Source: an uncultured bacterium (GTDB lineage Bacteria > Acidobacteriota > Thermoanaerobaculia > Multivoradales > JAHZIX01). Taken from it: a stretch of DNA of 64,000 bases. Every line of letters begins with the position of its first letter. Within the stretch, counting starts at the first letter, position 1. The stretch is from the NCBI GenBank assembly GCA_965368975.1, contig CBDUPA010000003.1:224001-288000 (forward strand). The letters are read 5' to 3'. Below, one piece after another: positions 46,501-54,725 of this stretch. The notes under the pieces are model-generated. The model saw only the letters and a program-made list of their open reading frames with translations. It made no database searches and was not told the origin of the DNA. Both the position numbers and the translations under genes were made by a program.

Positions 46501-47143
46501 CGAGGACGACTTCGGGCGCCGTGTGCACGTGCGTCTAGTGGCCCTGCTGCGCAGCAGCATCTTCCAGAGCGAGGTGCTGGTGAGTGAGGCGGCGCTGCTG
46601 CGTCACTTCCCGAGCGTCGAAGGGCATAGCTTCTTCCTGCTGCGACCGCCACTCGAGCGACAAGACGAGGTGCAGCGGACGCTGGAGGCGGAACTCGGCC
46701 CCTTCGGTTTCGATGTCACTACCACCGCCGACCGCCTGGCAGCCTACAAGGCGGTACAGAACACCTACCTCTCGACCTTCCAGACCTTAGGTGGCCTCGG
46801 CCTACTGCTGGGCACCCTGGGCCTCGGCGTGGTACTGGTGCGCAATGTCGTCGAGCGGCGCAGCGAGCTGGCCTTGCTGCGTGCCTTCGGCTTCCGTCGC
46901 CGCTTGCTACGCCGCTTGGTGCTGATCGAGAATGTCTTTCTCTTGCTACTCGGCGTCGCGCTGGGAACGATTGCCGCCATGATCGCGTCGGCGCCCTACC
47001 TGCTTTCCGGTGCGACGCAGATACCCTGGACCTCGCTCGGTCTGACGCTGGGCGCGGTCGTCACAGTCGGCACCCTCGCTTGCCTGGTCGCCTCGTCGCG
47101 GGCGCTGCGCAGCGAGTTGCTACCCGCGCTACGCGGCCTCTGA
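43553..47143 (+). CDS. Large FtsX/MacB-family ABC permease (duplicated)
   Basis: Two EQR/ERR..E..LLRA.GF FtsX motifs, multiple TM helices, large extracytoplasmic loops; ATGA overlap. Confidence 0.88.
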   Translation: MRQSLAFFWRRHLAVAVGAALACAVLTGALIVGDSVRGSLRALALQRLGGVEAAVVTEGFFRAALANEIGSQLSVAPDAELAQLRAVPLLLLPASAVHVSSGSRAANVTLHGVDERFLGLYRTDSGETPSALDEAWSFDPPEGIGRLFPPVRLNESLQRELGAEVGDPLLLSFRRATTVPRSSLLGRRDAREVVQTIRLTFIGTVPDAGAGSFHLAPDQSVPRNAFVHLPDLQRSLRRPQRVNALLVGAATRAGVAEALDAERLRPVTTALRANLRLEDLGLRLEVSPPAAEAPEAPTTGTVLLSSERYILRDVTVDTARAIADDLGAAHRAYLTYLANRVETVDGGSSEGSIVPYSMVTALGPVQGAAEGGDAGRAALGTLVDAAGVEVPVPGDGEILLSTWTQEDLSATAGDAVDLSYFVVDEAEQLQEQSARLRLGGFVAQRSLGADRSLTPDYQGITDSPTIAGWDPPFPVDLSLIRPRDEDYWRDYRGTPKAFVSLATGKQLWTSRFGGHTGVVLAPSQGDAAQLAVDLEARLRAALPLGAFGLQPQAVRVQALDAARGANDFAGLFVGFSWFLIVAAVLLVVMLFGLGVEQRAKEVGLLRAVGFSEASVRRRFLGEASVLAAAGAAFGVLGAIGYGGLMMAGLRTWWRAAVGSSQLYLHIEPWTLVLGFVLSLLVTLGAVFLYLRRLRRVSAPALLGGSVSPPATAEEQPSRRLRWTAWLAGLGALALFTFALLGDAEASAPLFFGVGTLVLIAGLCAFALWCRGAGGGFGVLASDGRGRHGIAHLGIAHLSMALRNSARNPGRSILSVVLVASACFVIVTVAAMRRQPGDELLRKDSGAGGLTLVAQSEVPLFHSLAEAEGRFELGVAEEAGEILDDTEIYAVRRLPGEDASCLNLYQPTRPHVLGVPPAFVERGGFSFAAVDDSVELPEAGNPWSLLDAEVPPAPSTDVPVIPAIADAETAQWILKLPLGEDLVYEDDFGRRVHVRLVALLRSSIFQSEVLVSEAALLRHFPSVEGHSFFLLRPPLERQDEVQRTLEAELGPFGFDVTTTADRLAAYKAVQNTYLSTFQTLGGLGLLLGTLGLGVVLVRNVVERRSELALLRAFGFRRRLLRRLVLIENVFLLLLGVALGTIAAMIASAPYLLSGATQIPWTSLGLTLGAVVTVGTLACLVASSRALRSELLPALRGL

Positions 47144-47176
47144 AGCACCGCCCCGAGAAGATGGGAGATCCACAGA

Positions 47177-48379
47177 ATGAAGCAGCCTGATACCTTCGCC
47201 TCGACGGCCTTCCGCATGCCCACGCGCGTGCACATCGAAAGTGGCTGCCTGGCCCGGCTGCCGACGCTGGTGCAGGAAACGCTCGCCGAGGTACAGCTCG
47301 AGACGGCACCAAAGACGCGCATCGGTAGCGGCGTCATGCTGGTTCTCGATCCCGGCCTCGGCCAGACGCCCTGGCCGGAACGGGTGACCCAGGATCTCGA
47401 GGCTGCCGGTTGCCGGCTCAGTCGTTTCGATGCCGTCGAGCCGAATCCACGCGCGGCCACGGCCGAGGCGATCGCCGAGCAGATGCGCGCCGATGGCTGC
47501 ACCTTGGTGGTCGGCCTGGGAGGCGGCAGTGTCCTCGACGCGGCCAAGGCTGCAGCACTCCTCGCCGGCAACGGCGGCCGCTGCCTCGACTACGAGGGCA
47601 AGGACCAGGCGCCATCGCCATCGCTGCCCATGATCGCGGTGCCCACCACTTGTGGCACCGGCTCGGAGGTCACCTGGGTCTCGGTGATTTCGGTGCCCGA
47701 GCGTCAGAGCAAGATCAGTATCAAGGGCGAGAGCATGTTCCCGCGCCACGCGGTGGTCGATGCTGACCTGATCGCTACGCTGCCGCCGGCACTGATCGCC
47801 AGTACCTCGCTCGACGCGCTGACCCATGCCCTGGAAGCGCTGACGGTTCGCCAGGCCAACCGTGTTTCCGACGCCCTCGCCGAGCGCGCGGTCGGCTTGA
47901 TCCTGACCTACTTGCGACGAGCCGTTGCCGACCCGGCGGGAGATCGCGAAGCCCGCGAGGCGGTGATGACCGCCTCGACCCTCGCCGGTCTAGCCTTCGG
48001 CAATGCCGACGTTGGCGCGGTCCACTGCCTGTCCGAAGCACTGGGCGGTCTCTACGACGTGCCGCACGGGCTGGCCAACGCGCTGTTGTTGGTGCCCGTC
48101 CTGCGGGATCACGGTAGCGCGGTCGCGACGCCGCTGGCAGCCGTGTCCCGGAGAGTGCTACAGTCCCGGGCGGCGGATGCGCCCGCCGCGGCAGAGTTGC
48201 TGGATGCGGTCAGTGATCTGGTCGACGCTCTCGACTTGCCGGCCTTCGCCGATTTTGGCGTCCCGGCCACGGACCACACACGCATCGCGCAACTCGCCGA
48301 AGCCAACGGTTCGAACGCCTCGAACCCACGGCCGATGGTGGCGGCAGACTACCGGCGCATCCTCTCCACCTTGAGCTGA
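47177..48379 (+). CDS. Iron-containing alcohol dehydrogenase
   Basis: VEPNP, GGGSVLDAAK, PTTCGTGSE, DALTHALE, VH..S, PHGLAN. Confidence 0.92.
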   Translation: MKQPDTFASTAFRMPTRVHIESGCLARLPTLVQETLAEVQLETAPKTRIGSGVMLVLDPGLGQTPWPERVTQDLEAAGCRLSRFDAVEPNPRAATAEAIAEQMRADGCTLVVGLGGGSVLDAAKAAALLAGNGGRCLDYEGKDQAPSPSLPMIAVPTTCGTGSEVTWVSVISVPERQSKISIKGESMFPRHAVVDADLIATLPPALIASTSLDALTHALEALTVRQANRVSDALAERAVGLILTYLRRAVADPAGDREAREAVMTASTLAGLAFGNADVGAVHCLSEALGGLYDVPHGLANALLLVPVLRDHGSAVATPLAAVSRRVLQSRAADAPAAAELLDAVSDLVDALDLPAFADFGVPATDHTRIAQLAEANGSNASNPRPMVAADYRRILSTLS

Positions 48380-48428
48380 ATGTCTTGTTCCATGCAGAGA
48401 GTTACGCAGACTTTGGAAGGAGGCAGGT

Positions 48429-48677
48429 ATGAAGATTGAGATTCGTCACTGTGTGTCTTGAGGGTTCCGACCCAAAGCGGCGAGGCTCGCCGCTCTGATT
48501 CAGAAGGAACTCGGTTTGGGCAGTGACCTGGTACCGGGAGCACCCGGGCAGCTCGAGGTCTATGCCGATGGCGAGCGGATCGAAGCGAGGCCAGAAGGTT
48601 TCTGGAACCGCCTGCTCAGCGCCGGACGTCCCGACGAGGGCAAGCTGCTGGCGCAGCTGCGGACTCGCCTCGACTGA
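48429..48677 (+). CDS. SelW-like Rdx-family selenoprotein (CxxU), absent from the ORF track
   Basis: GGAGG RBS; MKIEIRHCVS-UGA(48459-48461)-GFRPKAARLAALIQKELG...G.LEVYADG...RPD; frame stays open to TGA 48675-48677 (82 aa). Confidence 0.85.
48462..48494 (+). promoter_or_regulatory. Candidate bacterial SECIS hairpin(s)
   Basis: GGGT-TCCG-ACCC directly after the UGA, then AGCGGCGA-GGC-TCGCCGCT. Confidence 0.6.
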
Positions 48678-48704
48678 CCGGTCCAGGACTGCAAGATCGC
48701 CTCG

Positions 48705-50339
48705 CTAGTGGGGCACCTGAGGTGCCGGCCGTGCCGCCACGGGGGCTCGCAGGAGCAAGCCCCCACGTGAGGTCTCGACCTCGATCGGGATGAGTGCGTC
48801 CGGACCCGTTCTGGGGGCACCAACCGGGGCTGAATGCTTCTGGGTTGGGCGACCCGGCACTTGGTACGTCAAGCGCACACGCCGCCGCAGGCTGGCGAGC
48901 GCTTGCTGCAAGTGTCCGGGCGTCGCCACCACCCAGCCGGCGCTCAGATCGGCCGCCAACTCAGCCACTGGCCATGGATCGAAGCGCTCGGCGTAGGCGG
49001 CGGAGGTGACCTCAGCCTCTGCACCTCCCGTCGCCGCACCGCGCCGTGCTGCCTCGGCCTCCAGGATCTGCGCATAGTCGCCGGCTTCGAGCGCCGCCGC
49101 GTCGTCTCCGGCGGCCTCGTACAGGGTCTCTAGCCGCCGGTAAGCGCGCGCCTGCAGCGCCGACGTGCGCGGGTCCCCCGCGTAGTGGAAGATCGCTCTT
49201 TCATAGGCTTCGACCGCATCGGCAGGCTTGCTCTGGCCTTCCAGGCTGTGGCCGAGGTCCAGGTAGGCGCTGGCCCGCTCTGGATCGCGGTCTTCTTCGT
49301 AGGTTGCACCGAGTCCGCGCAGGCGCCACTTGCCGAGTCGCCAGCCTCGGCGCAGACCGGCCCGGTCGTCGGGTGGAGGTGGTAGGAACGACAGCACGGT
49401 CCAGCCGTGCGCCGCCAGTGTGCGCAAGACCGGCTCGATGTGCTCGGTTGCGAAGTCGTTCAGGTCATCGTCCACTCTGCTACCCTCGCTGTCGAGGCCG
49501 GTCTGGGGCCCGTAGAGGTTGCCGTAGAAGTCGGAAGGATAGGCGTCGATACCTTGCCCCAGCCACAGTACCGCCCGCCGCGCTGTCGGTGGGTCGAGAT
49601 CCAGTAGGTAATCGCGAAAATTCTGTAGACTCTCATCGACCAACCGGGCTTCCTCGGTCCGGACGGCCGAGATCAGCTCCTCACGCGTCAGATCTTCGGC
49701 GTCCAGCTTGCGATTCAACTCCGGGTCACTCAGAACCTCCAACAACTCCCGCCGCAAAGCCAGGACCGGCAGCGAAGCGTCCCCCAAAGTCTGCTCGGCG
49801 AACAGCTCCAGCCGGGCAAGGGCACCCCCCAGCAGGTCCGACTCGCGGCCGGCGGCCAGTACGTGGGGCTGGGGATCGGCGAGAACGATGGAGACCGCGC
49901 CCAGGGCTAGGAGTTCTTCCAGTCTCGGTCCTAGTAGTCGTGCCGCCCACGCCAGTTCATCGGCCTGCAGTTGCCCCGCGTCGGCGTAGATCACCAGCTG
50001 CCAGGCTTCGGCCTGGTCACCCGGTGCTTCGAGGCCGACCACCGGCACCTCGATGCCATCGTAGAAAACGGTGAAGTCGTCAGGACGCAGCGTCTCGGGT
50101 AGGTCGCTCCCGGTGAACAGTGTCTGCTTGCGCGTCAGCTCGACGACCACATCGGCAGCGGTGACGGATGTCTTCCCGGAAAAGGTTGTCCCGGAGGAAG
50201 AAGCCTCCCCGGAGGGGGGTGCTTCGTCGGAGGCTGGCGGGGGAGAAGCAGCTCCTTGGGCCGGAACCTGCAAGGCCCACCATGCCAGCAGCAGGGGCAC
50301 CCAACCGAGCTTCCAGAGTCGACGTCCCGATCTGTGCAT
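48705..50339 (-). CDS. Secreted hypothetical protein, VWFA-related plus TPR segment
   Basis: Signal peptide, FSGKTSVT..DVVV, LRPDDFTV, RRAVLWLGQG, TPR-like AYLDLGHSL..AVEAYERA. Confidence 0.6.
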   Translation of the reverse strand: MHRSGRRLWKLGWVPLLLAWWALQVPAQGAASPPPASDEAPPSGEASSSGTTFSGKTSVTAADVVVELTRKQTLFTGSDLPETLRPDDFTVFYDGIEVPVVGLEAPGDQAEAWQLVIYADAGQLQADELAWAARLLGPRLEELLALGAVSIVLADPQPHVLAAGRESDLLGGALARLELFAEQTLGDASLPVLALRRELLEVLSDPELNRKLDAEDLTREELISAVRTEEARLVDESLQNFRDYLLDLDPPTARRAVLWLGQGIDAYPSDFYGNLYGPQTGLDSEGSRVDDDLNDFATEHIEPVLRTLAAHGWTVLSFLPPPPDDRAGLRRGWRLGKWRLRGLGATYEEDRDPERASAYLDLGHSLEGQSKPADAVEAYERAIFHYAGDPRTSALQARAYRRLETLYEAAGDDAAALEAGDYAQILEAEAARRGAATGGAEAEVTSAAYAERFDPWPVAELAADLSAGWVVATPGHLQQALASLRRRVRLTYQVPGRPTQKHSAPVGAPRTGPDALIPIEVETSRGGLLLRAPVAARPAPQVPH

Positions 50340-50475
50340 CCGTATCCGTCCTTTCGCTGTCAGGTTGGTTTCCTGCAATCCCTCGGTGGCTGCATATCGG
50401 AGGTGTCTCATCGGTGGCGGCTCCTCGTGGGGAGCCCATCGTTCAAGGTCCATCCTATGAGAGGATCCCGCCGGT

Positions 50476-52302
50476 ATGTTGCACGAACGCATCCAAGAAC
50501 GCATCCGCGAGTTGCCCGACCGTCCGGGGATCTACCTCTTCCGGGATCCCGATGGCAAGCTCCTCTACGTCGGCAAGGCGAAATCGTTGCGCAGCCGGGC
50601 CGGCAGCTACGGTGCTCGCGACCACGATCCCCGTATCGCGACCATGCTGGCCGAGGCCACCGACCTCGAAACCGTCATCACGGACTCCGAGGCGGAAGCG
50701 CTGCTGCTCGAGAACAACTGGATCAAGAACCACCGTCCGCGCTACAACATCCTGCTGCGCGACGACAAGACGTACCCCTATCTAAAGCTCACCGCTGATC
50801 CGTACCCTCGCCTCGCCTTCACTCGCCGCATCCGCGACGATGGTGCCGACTACTTCGGGCCTTTCCTGCCCGGGGGGCTGGCGCGCAAAGCGATCAAGCT
50901 GGTGCAGAAGCTCTTCGGCATCCGTGTCTGCCGCATCGAGATCGACGGCAAGCTGCCGCGTCCGTGTCTCTATCACGACATGCACCGGTGCCTCGGCCCG
51001 TGCGTCGCCGGTCTGACCACACCTGAAGCCTATGCTGAAGCCGTCGAGCAAACGCGTCTCTTCCTTGCCGGCCGAACCGAAGCGCTACTCAAGCGGCTCA
51101 AGGCCGAAATGTGGCAAGCCGCCGAAGCAGAGAATTACGAAGAGGCGGCGCGCTTGCGCGACACCGTTGCTGAGATCGATGCGGTCAGCCAGCGACGGAA
51201 GTTGTCGTCGACGCGCGGTGAGGATGTCGACTTGTACGGTCTCCACATCGCGGGCGGCGATGCTGCCGTCTCGATCCTGGTCATGCGCGGCGGCCACGTC
51301 CTCGATCGACGTGAGCTGTTCTGGGAGAAGGCCGGCGACGTGGCTCCCGAGCGCTTGTTGTCCGAAGTCCTGCCGCAGATCTATGACCGCACGACGGCGA
51401 TTCCCAAAGAGATCCACTTGCCCGTACCGATCGACGGAGAAGAAGTCTTGCTCGACTGGCTATCCGAGCGTAAAGGGGAGAAGGTCTATCTACGCTTGCC
51501 CGCGCGCGGCCCCAAGGCGCAGCGTCTCGCTGTCGCCAAGCGCAACGCCGAGCTCGCCTTCCGTCGCCGCTTCCGCAGCGCCAGCGCCGGCCAGGAGGCC
51601 GCGACGCTGCTGGCCGAAGAGCTGCAGCTCAGCGAGGCCCCCAATCGCATCGAAGGCTTCGACATCTCCAACTTCCAGGGGGCCGAGATGGTTGCGTCGA
51701 TGGTGGTGTGGGAAGGTGGGCGCATGCAGAAGAAGGAATACAGGAGCTTCAACATCCGCGGCCTTCCAGGTCAGGACGACTTCGCTGCACTCAACCAGGC
51801 GGTGGACCGCCGCTACCGTCGCCGCCTGGAGGAAGTCGGCGAAATGCCCGACCTCATCCTCATCGACGGTGGCCGCGGCCAGCTCAACGCCGCTCTGGAA
51901 GCCCTGGCCGGCCTGGGCGTCGAGGAAACGCCGATCGTTTCGCTGGCCAAGCGCGAAGAAGAGATCTACCTGCCGGAGCAGCCACTACCGCTCAAGCTCA
52001 GCAAGCACAGCCCGGCCTTGAGGCTGCTGCAGCAGATCCGCGACGAAAGCCACCGCTTCGCCGTCAGCCGTCACCGCGCGCGTCGCGGCAAGGGCACCCT
52101 GCGCAGCCGTCTCGATGACCTCAGCGGCATCGGCACGACCCGGCGCAAGCAGCTGCTGCGCAAGTTCGGTAGCCTCAACGGTGTCCAGGAGGCGAGTCTG
52201 GAGGCGCTGCAGGGGGAGTTGGGACCGGTTGTCGGAGCCAAAGTCTTCAGCCAGTTGCACCCGGAACTGGCGGCGTCGCGCGGGCAGGCAGAGGCCAGGT
52301 AA
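50476..52302 (+). CDS. uvrC: Excinuclease ABC subunit C
   Basis: GIY-YIG (PGIY..YVGKAK), RIEGFDIS, PDLILIDGGRGQ, RDESHRFA, C-terminal HhH. Confidence 0.97.
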   Translation: MLHERIQERIRELPDRPGIYLFRDPDGKLLYVGKAKSLRSRAGSYGARDHDPRIATMLAEATDLETVITDSEAEALLLENNWIKNHRPRYNILLRDDKTYPYLKLTADPYPRLAFTRRIRDDGADYFGPFLPGGLARKAIKLVQKLFGIRVCRIEIDGKLPRPCLYHDMHRCLGPCVAGLTTPEAYAEAVEQTRLFLAGRTEALLKRLKAEMWQAAEAENYEEAARLRDTVAEIDAVSQRRKLSSTRGEDVDLYGLHIAGGDAAVSILVMRGGHVLDRRELFWEKAGDVAPERLLSEVLPQIYDRTTAIPKEIHLPVPIDGEEVLLDWLSERKGEKVYLRLPARGPKAQRLAVAKRNAELAFRRRFRSASAGQEAATLLAEELQLSEAPNRIEGFDISNFQGAEMVASMVVWEGGRMQKKEYRSFNIRGLPGQDDFAALNQAVDRRYRRRLEEVGEMPDLILIDGGRGQLNAALEALAGLGVEETPIVSLAKREEEIYLPEQPLPLKLSKHSPALRLLQQIRDESHRFAVSRHRARRGKGTLRSRLDDLSGIGTTRRKQLLRKFGSLNGVQEASLEALQGELGPVVGAKVFSQLHPELAASRGQAEAR

Positions 52303-52353
52303 GATCGGGGAGCCACTCTACGGTAGCAAAGAGCCTGAACGAAACAGCTCGAC

Positions 52354-52821
52354 CTAGTTCACCGTCTCGAACTCGGTCTGGCCGATGTACTTGGAGATGA
52401 TCGCAGCCAGGCTGAGGCGGTAGGCGTCGGCCGCGCCTTTCTGCGTTTCCGATGCGGCGACCACGCGTTCGAAGTGCTGGTACAGCCAAGCCGGCCAGGG
52501 GGACCGAGTCAGCTCGGCGGCCAGCAGGGTAGGGCCGCCTTTCTGGCGGCGTAGAGGACTGAGCGTTTCGCGCCAGACGTCCAGCAGTTTGTGGTCGGTG
52601 AGCGCGGCGGGAGAGACGAGGACGACGATCCAGCGCGCTTCGGCCGGGACTTCAGGCGCGACGATCCCGTCGGACGCGATCTCCAGCTGGACGTCGACGT
52701 GCGGGTTGAGCTGTCGTAGGTGCGTGCGTAGATCTGCGGCGAAGGCTTCTGCCGGTCCACGATCCCTCTCCGGAGCGGTGATCCACCAGAGTTCGGGCTG
52801 CCATCTCAGGTTGGCTTGCAT
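52354..52821 (-). CDS. Stand-alone TIR-like domain protein (tentative)
   Basis: WITAPERDR..AEAFA..L, WIVVLVSPAAL, VWRETL, WPAWL resemble the TIR beta/alpha pattern; ATG 3 nt after the GNAT stop. Confidence 0.5.
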   Translation of the reverse strand: MQANLRWQPELWWITAPERDRGPAEAFAADLRTHLRQLNPHVDVQLEIASDGIVAPEVPAEARWIVVLVSPAALTDHKLLDVWRETLSPLRRQKGGPTLLAAELTRSPWPAWLYQHFERVVAASETQKGAADAYRLSLAAIISKYIGQTEFETVN

Positions 52822-52824
52822 TCG

Positions 52825-53490
52825 TCAGGAGAATAGCGGAAGACTCACGGGCTTGAGTGCTTCCAGGCGCTCGCGCAGCGTCTTGGTCATGTCGCGGAAC
52901 ATCTTGTTCTTCTTGCTCTTCAAGCGGTGGTACGAACGCACGATGTCGAGAACCAGGATGATCCGCACGCTGTTGCAGTGCAGCTCGCCGTAGCGGTGGG
53001 TACCGATGCGCTGGAAACCCAGGACGCGGGTGTGGAACTGCAGCGGCGAGTGCGGGTCGTTCTCGAACACGTCGGTGATGAAGTGCGTGTAGCCACGCTC
53101 GGCGACCTCGGTGATCCCGGCCAGCATCAGGTGGATGGCGACGCGCATGTTGCGCCGGTACTTGTCCTTGATCATGAAGCGACCGACCTCGACGAAGCGG
53201 CACAGGCGCGCGACGGCATCCAGGTCGATGTCCTGGTCGAGCTTGGATTCGAAGTCCGTGGGCAGCTCGAGTGGTGGATCGTAGGCCATGCGGATGACAC
53301 CCGCGGGTTCGCCTTCGACGCGCACCAGGAACCAGGAGAACTTCTCGTTGGTCTGGTAGTCCTCCGGAATCTCGCTCTGCAGGTCGTTGATCCAGTTCTT
53401 CTCCTGCAGGTAGACCTCTTGGAAAACGCCGAGGGCGTCCTGACGGTCTTGCTCGGTCAGCACCTTGGTGCTAGTGATCTCAGCTCTCAT
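52825..53490 (-). CDS. GNAT-fold N-acyltransferase (FeeM/OlsB/LuxI-like, acyl-ACP-using type)
   Basis: VY..EK.W, GVIRM, FVEVGRF.I..YR, F..RVLGF; AAGGGAG RBS. Confidence 0.75.
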   Translation of the reverse strand: MRAEITSTKVLTEQDRQDALGVFQEVYLQEKNWINDLQSEIPEDYQTNEKFSWFLVRVEGEPAGVIRMAYDPPLELPTDFESKLDQDIDLDAVARLCRFVEVGRFMIKDKYRRNMRVAIHLMLAGITEVAERGYTHFITDVFENDPHSPLQFHTRVLGFQRIGTHRYGELHCNSVRIILVLDIVRSYHRLKSKKNKMFRDMTKTLRERLEALKPVSLPLFS

Positions 53491-53535
53491 GGCATCTCCC
53501 TTGGGGGGCTCCGGGAGGAGCAGTCGGTCGTTGGC

Positions 53536-54330
53536 TCACGTATCGTACGGGTAGCACTTGTTGCAGAGAGGTTCGAGCGCCTTCATGACGCGGGTCACGA
53601 TGGCACGAGCATGCCGTCGAGCTCGCTTCTTGCGGCCCTCGTCGTCGAGATGGGGATCTTGGGGCGGTCCTCGAAAGGCGGCTCGCTCGGCACTGAAGTC
53701 CAGCGGTTCGCCGACTCTCACGACGATGTGTCCGAAGGACGGAATGTGGCCGGTTTTCTGCTTGCATGGGAAGTCGATACCTATCGGCACGACAGGAACA
53801 TCGCAGGCCAGCACCAGGTAGCCCAGGCCGGTCCGCGCTCGCAGCAGCTTGTCCGGGTCGCGGTTGCGCGTGCCTTCGGGGAAGATGCCGACGCTCATGT
53901 CTTCCTCTTCCAGGCGCTGCTTGCACAGGTCGACCACCGACAGGTGCTTGTGCGCTTGGCGATAGCTCTCGCCGATCTTCCAGCGCGCCGGCTTGGTGTA
54001 GACAGGTACGGGTTTGACGTAGCGCATCAAGTGCCCGAGGATCGGAATCTTCGTGTACATCCAGTCGACCATGAAGGTCAAGAGGCGGCCGTGCCGGCGG
54101 TAGATCAGCGTGGCCGGTACGACGATGACCTCGGACGAGTTGTTGTGGTTGAAGGCGAAGATCACCGGTTCCTGCAAGCGGTCGAGGATCTCTTGGCCCT
54201 CGAGGTCCGCCGTGAAGGCGAAGAACAAGACCCAGGCACGCAGGAGGAAGCGTCCGTGCCAGGGCAGTGGATGCAGGATCTCGAAGGTCAGAGCGTGCCT
54301 GCAGTGACGGAACCATTTCTTCAATCCCAT
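53536..54330 (-). CDS. PlsC-family lysophospholipid acyltransferase
   Basis: NHNNSSE (HX4D variant), IFPEGTR, PVVPIGI, VGEP; alternative ATG at 54414. Confidence 0.85.
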   Translation of the reverse strand: MGLKKWFRHCRHALTFEILHPLPWHGRFLLRAWVLFFAFTADLEGQEILDRLQEPVIFAFNHNNSSEVIVVPATLIYRRHGRLLTFMVDWMYTKIPILGHLMRYVKPVPVYTKPARWKIGESYRQAHKHLSVVDLCKQRLEEEDMSVGIFPEGTRNRDPDKLLRARTGLGYLVLACDVPVVPIGIDFPCKQKTGHIPSFGHIVVRVGEPLDFSAERAAFRGPPQDPHLDDEGRKKRARRHARAIVTRVMKALEPLCNKCYPYDT

Positions 54331-54612
54331 GGAGTGATCGGGACTTCGTGCATCCACACCGTGTGGAAAGAACTCGAAGTCCGAACTGTGTAGCCGCAGG
54401 TTACGCGGCCGCATTGGCGATTCCGTGTTGTTGGCATGACGTTTCTGTGACGGCGTTTCTTGGATCAGGTATCGGTCGGAAGTCGGTCAGTGTCTTCGGT
54501 CAGTGTCTGCAGACAAGGTATCCAGACTTGCATATCGGATGATGTACCTGGAGTTGGGGTCTGAATGTGCCGTCTGCGTGGACCGTCTGACTATACTTCC
54601 GTAAACCCTGGG

Positions 54613-54641
54613 ATTCTACCAGCATCGACACGGTTGAACAA
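54613..54641 (-). promoter_or_regulatory. Putative sigma70 promoter of the plsC-GNAT-TIR operon
   Basis: Minus-strand TTGTTC-N17-TAGAAT with TG extended -10. Confidence 0.55.
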
Positions 54642-54725
54642 TGTCTCTACGACTCTGCCGGGCCTCTTGCGTGTTTCCACGGCGCCTGACAGGGAGCGGG
54701 TGTATGCGGTATGCTGCGCCGCACG

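Noticed and set aside
48500-48620. Possible ParE-toxin remnant (VTWYRE... in ORF 48523-48708)
   Set aside because: Better explained by the selenoprotein frame, which has an SD, CxxU and continuous family-like sequence
53480-54316. Alternative-frame ORF overlapping plsC and running into the GNAT start (possible frameshift fusion)
   Set aside because: Low-complexity Arg/Pro-rich translation, no slippery site noticed, and the GNAT gene has its own SD
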